Below the pieces are notes generated by a model. The model had not been told where the DNA came from. It saw only the letters and a list, made by a program, of their open reading frames with translations, and did not search any database. DNA of 64,000 nt from the IMG/VR virus record IMGVR_UViG_3300044631_000780, positions 1,672 to 65,671 of that record; one strand, 5' to 3'. The stretch's first letter is position 1, and each line of letters opens with the position of its first letter. A program made the translations under genes and the position numbers. Below are positions 17,004-26,100 of the stretch, piece after piece. This DNA comes from a virus (lineage: Duplodnaviria; Caudoviricetes).

Positions 17004-17906
17004 TTAGAGGGGGGTTACAGGCGCTCCTAGAGGGATCTCAGAGCATTCGGATGCTACTCGGTCATGAGCGATTTGGCAATAGTGCTGGTCAAGGTCAACA
17101 CCAACGAACTGGCGCCCCAGGCGCACAGCAGCAACACCAGTGCTGCCAGAACCACAGAACGGGTCAAGCACCGTGGAATTGACAGGAGAATAGATCTTGA
17201 TAAGATATTCCATCAAACTCAGTGGTTTGACTGTAGGATGGTCGTTGCCTTCACCTTTCTCTTTGCGTGTGGCACGAGGAGCATAGAAATACTTTTGGTG
17301 CTCTGGTTCTACCTCACCAATGATATTAGATGGATAACGACCAGCTGGATTAGCATCTACTGTACCACACTCAGCACCAGAACCTTTGGTGTTACCATCA
17401 CGACCAAATGTACGGCGACTGGCACCACCTTTTACCCAACCAGTGGGAGGTTTCTTATCCCATGGCACACGGGTATTCTCAACATCAATGAGACCACATC
17501 CCCACTGCTCAAAGTTATCTTTGAGAGTGCCAGAATAAGGTTTCTGTGCTACAACGATCGGTTCATGTGCTGGTTTCAACCGATTATGCTTGGGCATCTT
17601 CGTGGTAGTCATCCACATAATCTGATCTTTGATTGTAAAACCAGCATCTTCAACATTACATGCCAGACGGTGATACAATTCAGGTGAACAGAAAGCTAGG
17701 CAAAAAGCACCAGGACGAAGTGTACGAAACACCTCTTGCCAAATGTCTACACTGGGCACAGAATGATCCCAGTGATCCATACCCATGCCATAGGGAGGAT
17801 CAGTGATACATGAGTGAAATGAATTCTCATCATAGGTAGAGAGAATTTCCTGGCAATTACCAGTCAAAATTGAGAACTCGTTGTTCACAGTAGGCACGTT
17901 GTTCAT
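17004..17906 (-). CDS. DNA N6-adenine/N4-cytosine methyltransferase (beta class)
   Basis: TDPPY (motif IV) precedes HPTVKP and VLDPFCGSGST (motif I); start moved to MNNVPT. Confidence 0.92.
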   Translation of the reverse strand: MNNVPTVNNEFSILTGNCQEILSTYDENSFHSCITDPPYGMGMDHWDHSVPSVDIWQEVFRTLRPGAFCLAFCSPELYHRLACNVEDAGFTIKDQIMWMTTTKMPKHNRLKPAHEPIVVAQKPYSGTLKDNFEQWGCGLIDVENTRVPWDKKPPTGWVKGGASRRTFGRDGNTKGSGAECGTVDANPAGRYPSNIIGEVEPEHQKYFYAPRATRKEKGEGNDHPTVKPLSLMEYLIKIYSPVNSTVLDPFCGSGSTGVAAVRLGRQFVGVDLDQHYCQIAHDRVASECSEIPLGAPVTPL

Positions 17907-18390
17907 GAGTGAAATAGTTAGTTTTTGTTTTACCGCCAGATTGAGTATACATCGCCCGCATGTAGAAGTCAAATCCACGATCATCTTCAGACCACTCATC
18001 ATCTACCTGATAGGTCTTTAGAACAGCATTAAGATCTTCTACAAGTTGAGCATACATCTCACGCTTACGATCAGAAACTACATCGTCAGCAAAATAGATG
18101 GTAGTTTCATTGTACTTTTTACTGCTAAAGATGTAGACTACACCTTTCTTAGGAAGACCGCCGTTGTAGGTAGGAAAAGGTTGCTGAGAAGATTTACACT
18201 CAATGTCTACAGTTTTACCAGAGGGAAGATGAACGCGAAAATCAGGAGAGTTTTGCTCACCATTCGGTTGATAGTCATACTTGTAACCAAACTTATCAAG
18301 CAGCGCACGAACTTGCTGCTCATGAAGTGGATTATCTTGAGAGTTAGATTTGTATGGGAGGAGCAAAACCTCTTGCCAAAATTGTTTCAT
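17857..18390 (-). CDS. PD-(D/E)XK endonuclease (restriction-enzyme-like)
   Basis: QPNG..NSPDF...DIECKS; overlaps the MTase start. Confidence 0.75.
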   Translation of the reverse strand: MKQFWQEVLLLPYKSNSQDNPLHEQQVRALLDKFGYKYDYQPNGEQNSPDFRVHLPSGKTVDIECKSSQQPFPTYNGGLPKKGVVYIFSSKKYNETTIYFADDVVSDRKREMYAQLVEDLNAVLKTYQVDDEWSEDDRGFDFYMRAMYTQSGGKTKTNYFTHEQRAYCEQRVLNFDW

Positions 18391-18392
18391 GA

Positions 18393-18674
18393 TTAAACGA
18401 ACTGAAGGACGCTAGGACGTAAAGGTTTTAGGATTTGCATGGCACTATAAGGTGTGGTATCTTGAATGTCAACCACTTTGCCAACAGTTTTAGCATTTAC
18501 TGGCGCATAATAGCACCGTTTCTTTGTATCATAGAAACCCCAGATAGACTTAGGAGTTTCATCAGTGTAGCTAAACTGACCATGATTACAGATCCATATA
18601 GCAACCATGTTACGTTTATGTTCTGTAGTCTCGTAAGAGTATCCGTGCGGAGGTGTATGCGGAAATTCAAACAT
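18393..18674 (-). CDS. conserved cyanophage hypothetical protein
   Basis: FPHTPPHGYSYE...IWGFY...TTPYSAM. Confidence 0.8.
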   Translation of the reverse strand: MFEFPHTPPHGYSYETTEHKRNMVAIWICNHGQFSYTDETPKSIWGFYDTKKRCYYAPVNAKTVGKVVDIQDTTPYSAMQILKPLRPSVLQFV

Positions 18675-18855
18675 TTTTATTCAGATGCTCACGGACACAA
18701 CCGACGAACTGTTGCCATTCTTTTTCTGAGAAGTTGTCAGAAGCATAAGGGATGCCAACAACAGCAGCACAATGGCGACGGATATTTTCTGGAGCAACAT
18801 AAGGATCTTGAAGAGCGGTGACAGTAGCGAGAAGAATGCTAAACATCAGCAGCAC
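18667..18855 (-). CDS. hypothetical protein with signal-peptide-like N-terminus
   Basis: ORF track; C...GIPYASDNF...C. Confidence 0.65.
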   Translation of the reverse strand: MLLMFSILLATVTALQDPYVAPENIRRHCAAVVGIPYASDNFSEKEWQQFVGCVREHLNKNV

Positions 18856-19067
18856 ACCATGAATTTGATACGGGGAGAAGTGTTAAACTTGGTCACTTGA
18901 TAACCATACTGATTGATACGCTCATCTGCTTGGCGCTCCATATCACGCTTGCTGATCAAACGCTCGCTCATCTCCGCACCATCAAACGAGGTGACTTGAA
19001 CAAACTTATCAGTCATACCAGCAGCAGGGTAAAAATCAACCTGCATGGCGCCTTGGACGAGTTGCAT
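18846..19067 (-). CDS. hypothetical protein
   Basis: ORF track; start moved to MQLVQG, downstream of promoter copy 12. Confidence 0.65.
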   Translation of the reverse strand: MQLVQGAMQVDFYPAAGMTDKFVQVTSFDGAEMSERLISKRDMERQADERINQYGYQVTKFNTSPRIKFMVCC

Positions 19068-19091
19068 CGTGTGTCTCTCGATTACCTTGTT

Positions 19092-19150
19092 ATTATGCCA
19101 CAAAAAAAGGGGTCTTGACCAGACCCCTGTGCCACTTGCTCAACTGTCCC
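19092..19150 (-). promoter_or_regulatory. early promoter element copy 12 (palindrome 19129-19150; -10 CATAAT)
   Basis: gtgccactt-gctc-aactgtccc, 31-nt gap that contains a terminator. Confidence 0.75.
19102..19128 (-). terminator. rho-independent terminator
   Basis: Minus strand AGGGGTCT-GGTCA-AGACCCCT followed by a T-run. Confidence 0.75.
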
Positions 19151-19191
19151 CAAATACTGGGTGAATTTCAGTTTTAGCATGTTCTGTCATG

Positions 19192-19464
19192 TTAACATGC
19201 TGCTCCCACAAGATCGCATCCTCTAGATTGTAGAAAATAGCTTGTTGTTTTGCCTTCTTGTTCTTCTTTTGTTTGATCCACACAACAGCGTACTTCATTC
19301 CAATGCTCACGAAAAACTAGTAAATTTGCCTGATACCTACCATTATGCTTGGTTTTATCAGGAATGTCAAGGAAACAAATTGTGATGTAATCTGAATCAA
19401 TAAAATTGACCCATCCACGAGTATTACGATACTCTACGAAAGTGCCATATTTAAGTTCCATCAA
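19192..19464 (-). CDS. hypothetical protein
   Basis: ORF track. Confidence 0.6.
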   Translation of the reverse strand: MMELKYGTFVEYRNTRGWVNFIDSDYITICFLDIPDKTKHNGRYQANLLVFREHWNEVRCCVDQTKEEQEGKTTSYFLQSRGCDLVGAAC

Positions 19465-19658
19465 TTGATTTCTTCAAAAAATTTGCGTGTTTGTTTTTCT
19501 GCCTCTGGCAGTTTGAACCACTCTCGCATGTTATTAAGATCAGTAATTTGTTTTTGTAGTTGATCTATCTGTGCTTGTAGAATTTGAAAATTATGATCAT
19601 TGTTATTTTGCATCATCAGCAGATTTTTTACTGCCTCTTTAAACTCTTCTTCAGTCAT
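19461..19658 (-). CDS. coiled-coil hypothetical protein
   Basis: ORF track. Confidence 0.7.
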   Translation of the reverse strand: MTEEEFKEAVKNLLMMQNNNDHNFQILQAQIDQLQKQITDLNNMREWFKLPEAEKQTRKFFEEIN

Positions 19659-19799
19659 AATGGCTCAGTTGTCGTGTCAGTTCTACATCAATACCGATCA
19701 GTTTAGAATACAAAAATTGTTCGTATTCATTACCTTTCAGCAATTCAACGAGGTTATTTATCTGCTGCCTGGCAAGGATCAGCTTGATTTTCTCATCCA

Positions 19800-20108
19800 T
19801 CAGTAGGAAGGATCACCTGGGATGTCATCATCGCATTTTTCGTCCCTGGGTTTGCCATGGACCAGCAGCAGGGCACCCTCAGCTTTCTCAGCGAAGGTTT
19901 TGTGATAAGTGTTCATCTCTACGATGATGTCACGCAGATCGTTATAGAATTCTAGGATAGATGTGTTAACATCATCCAAATAGTCATGGACAGCATCAGT
20001 CAGACGATCTTTACGCTGCTCACGGTAACGTGCTTCCCAATCTTCTTGGATTTCGGGGCGTCCTTCAACAGTAGTCATGGTGAATTCGTAGGGGTTCTTG
20101 AGTTTCAT
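19800..20108 (-). CDS. hypothetical protein
   Basis: 3' part of track ORF 19800..20303; start moved past the helicase stop. Confidence 0.6.
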   Translation of the reverse strand: MKLKNPYEFTMTTVEGRPEIQEDWEARYREQRKDRLTDAVHDYLDDVNTSILEFYNDLRDIIVEMNTYHKTFAEKAEGALLLVHGKPRDEKCDDDIPGDPSY

Positions 20109-20118
20109 TTTAGCACAA

Positions 20119-21363
20119 TCATTCGGTAGGGGCAATACCTTTGACAAAGATGGCATCAACCACACGCTGAAGTCGCTTCTCGGTCTGCTGACCATAGTTG
20201 CTGAACACAGGCACGGTGACGAAACCAGTCTTCTTACGGTAGAATTCCAACTGACCAGCAGGAATTTTACCAGATTGTATATCAGCAGCGTCCTGTTTGT
20301 CAAGTCGGATCACACGACCGATGGTTTGCGCCATCTCGATCACAGGCAGGTTACGCAGCAGGATACAATGGGTCAGACCAGGAACGTTGATACCCTCAGA
20401 CAGAATGCTGTAGTGGAACATGATAAACTTACGGCTGGGATCTTTACCCCAAAGGTCAAGAGTGTCAAAGAATTCTTGACGACCAACCTTTTGCTTGTTA
20501 ATGTAAGCACCATGCTTGCTAGTGATGTGAAGCACATCATAACCACGAGCAGCAAACTCTGCCATCACATCAGTGCTAGAGAGCAAACGCCACAGCACAC
20601 GAGTGTTAGGAGCAGCAACCAGGATCTTCTGAGCACTATCCTCATCAAGTTGCTCTACGATATCAATCAGAACCTCACGGTCATTCTCTGCTGCCAACAG
20701 AGACTTGTGACGCTCGATGTCAACAACGTGGGACTTGATGGTAGGAGGAATGATGCTACCATTGGACACAAGTTCAGGAGCAGGAACGTTGATCAGTTCC
20801 TTACCATAAACAGCAGTGTTGTTCATACTGATCTGACCACCACGATACTTAGGAGTGGCAGTAAAATAGTATGCGTTCTTGGCAGTCAACGAAGCAGCAG
20901 CAACTTCTTTGTAGAAGTCACGACGAACGGAATTGTGTGCCTCATCAAAATAGATCAAGTCAACATCAATACCTGCTTCGTTGATACGACGCAGAGAATT
21001 GTAGGTGGTGAAGATAATCTGGTGAGAATTGGCAGCTTTACAGATGCTATCGTGAATAACAATCTCACGAACTTTGGTGGTGTGATGGCAATCAACCTCA
21101 CCGCTGTGAACGTGAAGCACAGTAGCATCAACTTTGCCGTTCAGTTCAGACCAGAACTCTTCATACAACTGAACTGCGAGCAGGATGCGAGGAGCGCACA
21201 CTACAACGGTCTGAGGGGTCTGTGCTGCCTGAAGGCGACGCAGACAGTCAAGGATCATCACAAGGGTCTTGCCGCCGCCCGTGGGGCAGGTGACACGACC
21301 GATACCAGCAGTCAGCAGGGCATCGAGCATACGCTGCTGGTGGGGGCGGAGGGTCAGGGTCAT
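20119..21363 (-). CDS. superfamily II (DEAH/ResIII-type) helicase
   Basis: LRPHQ, PTGGGKT, FDEAH, FTATP, LSEGINVP, QTIGRVIR. Confidence 0.93.
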   Translation of the reverse strand: MTLTLRPHQQRMLDALLTAGIGRVTCPTGGGKTLVMILDCLRRLQAAQTPQTVVVCAPRILLAVQLYEEFWSELNGKVDATVLHVHSGEVDCHHTTKVREIVIHDSICKAANSHQIIFTTYNSLRRINEAGIDVDLIYFDEAHNSVRRDFYKEVAAASLTAKNAYYFTATPKYRGGQISMNNTAVYGKELINVPAPELVSNGSIIPPTIKSHVVDIERHKSLLAAENDREVLIDIVEQLDEDSAQKILVAAPNTRVLWRLLSSTDVMAEFAARGYDVLHITSKHGAYINKQKVGRQEFFDTLDLWGKDPSRKFIMFHYSILSEGINVPGLTHCILLRNLPVIEMAQTIGRVIRLDKQDAADIQSGKIPAGQLEFYRKKTGFVTVPVFSNYGQQTEKRLQRVVDAIFVKGIAPTE

Positions 21364-21385
21364 GCGGTTCGCTGTTGGTGAAATA

Positions 21386-21444
21386 AGTATAGGGCATGAA
21401 AAAGGGGTCCGAAGACCCCTGTGTGACAGTTTTTAAACTGGACT
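21386..21444 (-). promoter_or_regulatory. early promoter element copy 13 (palindrome 21423-21444; -10 TATACT)
   Basis: gtgacagtt-ttta-aactggact, 31-nt gap that contains a terminator. Confidence 0.75.
21399..21420 (-). terminator. rho-independent terminator with UUCG loop
   Basis: Minus strand AGGGGTC-TTCG-GACCCCT-TTTT. Confidence 0.8.
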
Positions 21445-21446
21445 GA

Positions 21447-22538
21447 TCAAAAATACATACGAAAGGGTTCAGTTTCACCTTCAATTTGATCCTTTACCCA
21501 AATTTCCATGTTGAAATCATTAAGCGTTTTACGATAAATGATATCTGGATTGAGAATATTTTCAATTGGTTTCAAAGCACTGTCACGACGAAGTTCCCAC
21601 TGATTCATAATCTTTTCTCGGAATACTTTGCGAGAGTTAGCAATCTTTTTGGATTGTTTGTTAGACTGATTATACAAGAGAACCTTGATTAACTTTTCAG
21701 AACCATATTCTTTCTCAACTTCACAGACTTTACGGGTAATATCATCAGCATATTTGGAAAGAAATCCACTATTATCTTCAATAGCTTTGACAATATAAAC
21801 CGTAGTTTCAGTCACAGTTCCATCTGGTTGCCACTCTTTAGATTCTTCAATAAAATTGTTGATAGCATCTTTATCAGTATCATAAGACATTTTGTTAGCA
21901 ACAGTATTGGGATCGCCAAGTTCCCCTAAAACATCAGTGATAATGCGGTTGATAACAGATTTGTTAAAACCATAACGCTCTTGAACTCCCATATAGTTAA
22001 GAACTTCACCAACTTGCTGTCTATCTGGAGAAATATCTTCATTTTTAAAGATACTAACAGCAGCTGCTACAAAGTGGTGATCCTTGGCATCATCTTTGAT
22101 CGGACCAAAAACATTTCCCCAGACACCAGCCATGGTAAGAATGGAATCTGTAGAAAACTCATTTATCATATCAAATCCTTCTGGAAAGACCCGTTCATAT
22201 TGAGCAGCGGGAACATCAATAACAGAAGAAAGTGCCTTAAGAACTTTTAGCGTGTGGCGACGATCAAAAATCTTCAAAAAACCTTTGATGTTTAAATACG
22301 GAATAGGAAGAGAAGTTCTATCCCATCCATCTGGCAAAGATCCACTAAGACCAGTAATCTTAGAATCATCTGTACCATACATTCCACGAACAAGATTGTC
22401 AGTTACTTCCAACAAGTTCTTTGAGACCATCTCAAAGCATACCAGTCGTAAGAAGGGAAATTTTACGAAAATATCATCATCTGCATCTACACGCAGATCT
22501 TGGATACTAAAAGTACCCCATTCTAATTGTTTTGCCAT
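21447..22538 (-). CDS. hypothetical protein, possible degenerate ParB/Srx-like N-terminus
   Basis: ORF track, start moved to MAKQLE; PIP...IFDRRHT resembles the ParB DGxHR motif. Confidence 0.6.
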   Translation of the reverse strand: MAKQLEWGTFSIQDLRVDADDDIFVKFPFLRLVCFEMVSKNLLEVTDNLVRGMYGTDDSKITGLSGSLPDGWDRTSLPIPYLNIKGFLKIFDRRHTLKVLKALSSVIDVPAAQYERVFPEGFDMINEFSTDSILTMAGVWGNVFGPIKDDAKDHHFVAAAVSIFKNEDISPDRQQVGEVLNYMGVQERYGFNKSVINRIITDVLGELGDPNTVANKMSYDTDKDAINNFIEESKEWQPDGTVTETTVYIVKAIEDNSGFLSKYADDITRKVCEVEKEYGSEKLIKVLLYNQSNKQSKKIANSRKVFREKIMNQWELRRDSALKPIENILNPDIIYRKTLNDFNMEIWVKDQIEGETEPFRMYF

Positions 22539-22584
22539 TTGGAATCTCCAAGATAGAGCATAAAATGCTCCGATGTACAAACTA

Positions 22585-22613
22585 ATAATAACACGGTTTT
22601 GGGGGAGTGTCAA
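22585..22613 (-). promoter_or_regulatory. sigma70-type promoter TTGACA-17-TATTAT
   Basis: Consensus hexamers with 17-nt spacing upstream of 21447..22538. Confidence 0.75.
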
Positions 22614-22634
22614 CCCCCCGAACGATAAGAGTTT

Positions 22635-22862
22635 CTAATCGTCCATACAATCCACAGAACCGATGTCGCACACAGGAACTTCATGCTCACCAGCAATCAG
22701 ATACCAATGCATGAGTTGACCGTGATATTCTGGATGTCCTTTGAAATGCTCAGGATAGACACGTTCTCCAATATACTTCAGTTCAGTCTCAGGAACGTTA
22801 TGCTCACGCAACATCGCTTGAAGTTGTAGGTGCGTGAGCTCATATTGTGTGGGGACTTTCAT
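22635..22862 (-). CDS. conserved cyanophage hypothetical protein
   Basis: ORF track. Confidence 0.75.
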   Translation of the reverse strand: MKVPTQYELTHLQLQAMLREHNVPETELKYIGERVYPEHFKGHPEYHGQLMHWYLIAGEHEVPVCDIGSVDCMDD

Positions 22863-23383
22863 TTGTTACGAATGTTGAAAGAGAAAATAATTCTTTCAGA
22901 GTCAGACTGTACTGGTTTACATTGATGCATCAACACAGATGGGAAAAAAGCAATGTCTCCCTCTGAAACTTCAGGAACAAATTCTATCACATCACCTTCA
23001 ATGAAGTCAACATATGGGGCATAAAAAGTTGTTGGTTTATGATCTTCTTCAAGAGAAGCATAAAATATGGCACTATATCCGAGAGCACCATGATTATGAA
23101 GAGAATGATGACCTCCTCTCAAATATTTCTGAGCCCATACGTTATGAATTTCAAATTCTCTGGGATATATCTGATCAAATTCTTCCAGCGATGGTTTTAA
23201 TAGATCAAACAACACGTCAGCATATTGTGGAACAATCCCATTCTGATGATACTTATAATAATCAGTAAAATGTCCATCTCTTTCTTCAAGATCAAGAAGG
23301 GAAAGGACATCATCTTTTTTATCTTTCCATTCATTCACAGTGTATGTGAGAAATGGTATCACAAAAGCATTTGTTGTAATCAT
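22859..23383 (-). CDS. 2OG-Fe(II) oxygenase-like protein
   Basis: WAQKY..GGHHSLHNH...FFPSVLMH...RIIFSFN. Confidence 0.85.
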   Translation of the reverse strand: MITTNAFVIPFLTYTVNEWKDKKDDVLSLLDLEERDGHFTDYYKYHQNGIVPQYADVLFDLLKPSLEEFDQIYPREFEIHNVWAQKYLRGGHHSLHNHGALGYSAIFYASLEEDHKPTTFYAPYVDFIEGDVIEFVPEVSEGDIAFFPSVLMHQCKPVQSDSERIIFSFNIRNK

Positions 23384-23769
23384 TGTCTATTGTTTCCTGG
23401 TCGCAGTGCTTTGTTGTCATATTCAACAACGCCATCTTTTCTTACGATATAACATTGATACCAATATGGTTCACCTTCTTCGCCTTCTGGCAACTCATCT
23501 CTGCGAGGAAAATAATCAGTAACAAAATCAAATGCTACATCAGCATCACGAAATTTGATGTATCCATAATATTTCAATCTCATGTTTGAAATTAACTCTA
23601 CTGGTACATCTTCTTGAAATTGATAATAATCAATTACAGATTCTTTTACAAGATCATCAGCAGATTCAAGTCGAGGGTTTTCAAAGTAAACAATAGCTCC
23701 ATCAAAGGATGCGGCATATTCTTCTATTTGATCCCAATCTGCTGCTTCATCAAGCATCTGTATGTTCAT
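23380..23769 (-). CDS. hypothetical acidic protein
   Basis: ORF track. Confidence 0.75.
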   Translation of the reverse strand: MNIQMLDEAADWDQIEEYAASFDGAIVYFENPRLESADDLVKESVIDYYQFQEDVPVELISNMRLKYYGYIKFRDADVAFDFVTDYFPRRDELPEGEEGEPYWYQCYIVRKDGVVEYDNKALRPGNNRQ

Positions 23770-24280
23770 TTTTATTCTCCACTTTCTTTAATTTATAAGC
23801 AGCGGTAACACGAATACCATAAAACTCTCGTGATGTGTCTTCAGCATAATGTAAAATGTCCGATGGAAATAAGATTGCTGATCCTGGTTTAGGAAACACA
23901 GTGTCAAATCTGCCATCATCTTGGACAAATATTGTTTTACCTCCCCAGGTTAAGTCCCACACTGGATTACAAAACAAAACAAATGTGTAATCGGCATCAT
24001 CTGTGTGAGGAGATCCATCAAGTCCTCTAGTATGACCATTCAGATAATAATCAAGAATTTCAAATTCAAAGGGAACTAATATTTTAAGTTTTTCTGGAAT
24101 TATTTGATCAAACATTGCTGTTCCAGTCACATCCATTTTCCAGAAACGTTTAAATGGCGTAGCAGTATCACTAGCAGCACCAAAGAACCATCTTGGACGA
24201 CTGGCAATACGATCTATCTCATTCATTTCATCTTTGGTGAGAATTGTATCGTATGATCTTATATCTGTAAGTAATGACAT
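23750..24280 (-). CDS. 2OG-Fe(II) oxygenase
   Basis: HTD...WGGKT...LFPSDILH...R. Confidence 0.88.
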   Translation of the reverse strand: MSLLTDIRSYDTILTKDEMNEIDRIASRPRWFFGAASDTATPFKRFWKMDVTGTAMFDQIIPEKLKILVPFEFEILDYYLNGHTRGLDGSPHTDDADYTFVLFCNPVWDLTWGGKTIFVQDDGRFDTVFPKPGSAILFPSDILHYAEDTSREFYGIRVTAAYKLKKVENKNEHTDA

Positions 24281-24281
24281 A

Positions 24282-24929
24282 TTAGTTTCTAAAAATACTA
24301 TTTCGTTTGATCATACCCATGCGAATTAAATCAAAATTCACAAGATCTTCCCTTTCCATTGATCCTTCGATTTTATGGTAAAGTTTATTAAGTTCAACCA
24401 AATAATATCTCATTGTGGGATCAACGATTGAACTTTCCATCCAAAACGTTAAACACTTTCGGACACCTTTGGTTACTGGATTTACCCCATGAAGAAATTC
24501 GGTTGGATAAACTAGAGCTTTGCCTGGTTCCAACTTTCTTTCAATTCTTTCGGATCCAATTTTAATAAAATGCTCGCCACCTTCATAGTCATCATTTAAA
24601 TTAACAACAACTGTGTAATCTGTTCTAGTTCCCCACATTTCAAAGAAGTCACTATGATCAGCATAGTGATTGCCCTCTTCATATTTTAGCATGAGAGATG
24701 GGGAACATTTATTTAAAATGTGAATTTTTGAAATTTCAGATTCTCTAATCAATTTATGGACGGCAGCATTTACCATCTTATTGATTTCTATATTTTCCTG
24801 CTCAGAATTGTGCTTATATTCTTTGTTTTTTGGTCCAGAAATAGCACCATCAATAAACTTTCCTGAGTCAAATAGACTCAGCATTTGCCTTAGTTTATTT
24901 TTGTCCAAAAAATCATATTCATAGATCAT
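24282..24929 (-). CDS. PKHD-type (PiuC-like) 2OG-Fe(II) hydroxylase
   Basis: FIDG...YADHSD...RTD...YEGGE...HGVNPVTKGVR...WMES. Confidence 0.88.
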   Translation of the reverse strand: MIYEYDFLDKNKLRQMLSLFDSGKFIDGAISGPKNKEYKHNSEQENIEINKMVNAAVHKLIRESEISKIHILNKCSPSLMLKYEEGNHYADHSDFFEMWGTRTDYTVVVNLNDDYEGGEHFIKIGSERIERKLEPGKALVYPTEFLHGVNPVTKGVRKCLTFWMESSIVDPTMRYYLVELNKLYHKIEGSMEREDLVNFDLIRMGMIKRNSIFRN

Positions 24930-25269
24930 TATTCTTAGCTCTTTCGTTCAAAGTTTCAATGAAAAAGTTTACAGCATCTTTGTAAGAGTTTAATACATTT
25001 GGAAGGGGAGCACACATGTTAACAACATAATCATATCCGATCAAAAATTGTGTATCAGCAGAATATTCTTTCCATGGGGAAAACATCACAGTTTTTTGAC
25101 CCTTTTCATCAACAGATTGTTCTCTCATTTTAAATGGATATACTAGATTATAACACACTTCAACTGGTTTATCTTCAATCATCTCAGTGTGTTTTTTTAC
25201 ATTAGCAATCACTTCCTCACCAGTTACCAGAGTGAGAATAAGAATATTGAGTTGTGTTGTCATAATCAA
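24919..25269 (-). CDS. hypothetical protein (Sm-like T4-type small protein)
   Basis: LVTGEEVIA...PW motif. Confidence 0.7.
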   Translation of the reverse strand: MIMTTQLNILILTLVTGEEVIANVKKHTEMIEDKPVEVCYNLVYPFKMREQSVDEKGQKTVMFSPWKEYSADTQFLIGYDYVVNMCAPLPNVLNSYKDAVNFFIETLNERAKNNDL

Positions 25270-26096
25270 ATGTTATTATTTTGAATTGTTTCTAATAGGT
25301 TATCCAACTCTTCTTGCGTTTGAGCAGTGGATACGACAGGATTATTTGTTGGAGCAAAAATAGCATCAGGATTTTTAATCTTGTAATAGTTTGCTATCTG
25401 AGCTGTAATTCTCTTGGCATATTCGCTAATGGTGGTTGCTGTGAACACACCAAATTGATCTTCTGTTTGGAGATATTCTTTCTCAGAGTTTCCTTCAATT
25501 CTCTTAAATGTTGATTCAAAGAAAACTGGATTGATTGGAAATCTTACATCGTCAGCATCTTGACCAGAATAATCTGTTGGAATATTTCTGAGTTTTTGTC
25601 TGTAAGCAGACCAGTTTGCTTTACTCTCTTCCGATAGTTGAGCATCTGGCATTTGTGTCCAATCACTATCATCAAGCATAAAGTTGCGAATCATTCTGAT
25701 CCCTTCCCAGGAAACTTTATTCCAACGACCATATTCGTTATAAATTTTTTCCTGAATAATTTCTTGTTCGGTATCTTGATATTCAAAATACTTTTCTTTT
25801 AGAAGTTCGGCAATTTCTTTAACTTGATCTGCCGTTGGTTCTCTCCATTCATAAGTTTGCCATTTTCTTTCACCTGTTTTACGGTCAAGAACATACTTCT
25901 TCTTTTCAATTCCAAAAGAACCATCCGAAAAATAATTCAGATAAATGAGTCTATCTCTATCCGAAGACCAGAATGGAAATAATAAATTTTGAATTTTATC
26001 ATTCCAATAATCTTCACCAATTACCAATGTTTTACCATTGACAATCATCATGCGCTCTAGAGCATTAACTTGAATTACTACACGTACTTCTGACAT
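25266..26096 (-). CDS. tail fibre assembly chaperone-like protein
   Basis: IRMIRNFMLDDSDWTQMPD...WSAYRQKLRNIP. Confidence 0.8.
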   Translation of the reverse strand: MSEVRVVIQVNALERMMIVNGKTLVIGEDYWNDKIQNLLFPFWSSDRDRLIYLNYFSDGSFGIEKKKYVLDRKTGERKWQTYEWREPTADQVKEIAELLKEKYFEYQDTEQEIIQEKIYNEYGRWNKVSWEGIRMIRNFMLDDSDWTQMPDAQLSEESKANWSAYRQKLRNIPTDYSGQDADDVRFPINPVFFESTFKRIEGNSEKEYLQTEDQFGVFTATTISEYAKRITAQIANYYKIKNPDAIFAPTNNPVVSTAQTQEELDNLLETIQNNNI

Positions 26097-26100
26097 TATT

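Noticed and set aside
17064-17687. 207-aa plus-strand ORF
   Set aside because: Antisense shadow of the methyltransferase.
20098-21381. 427-aa plus-strand ORF mirroring the helicase
   Set aside because: In-register antisense shadow, explained by scarcity of TTA/CTA/TCA codons in the helicase; no motifs.
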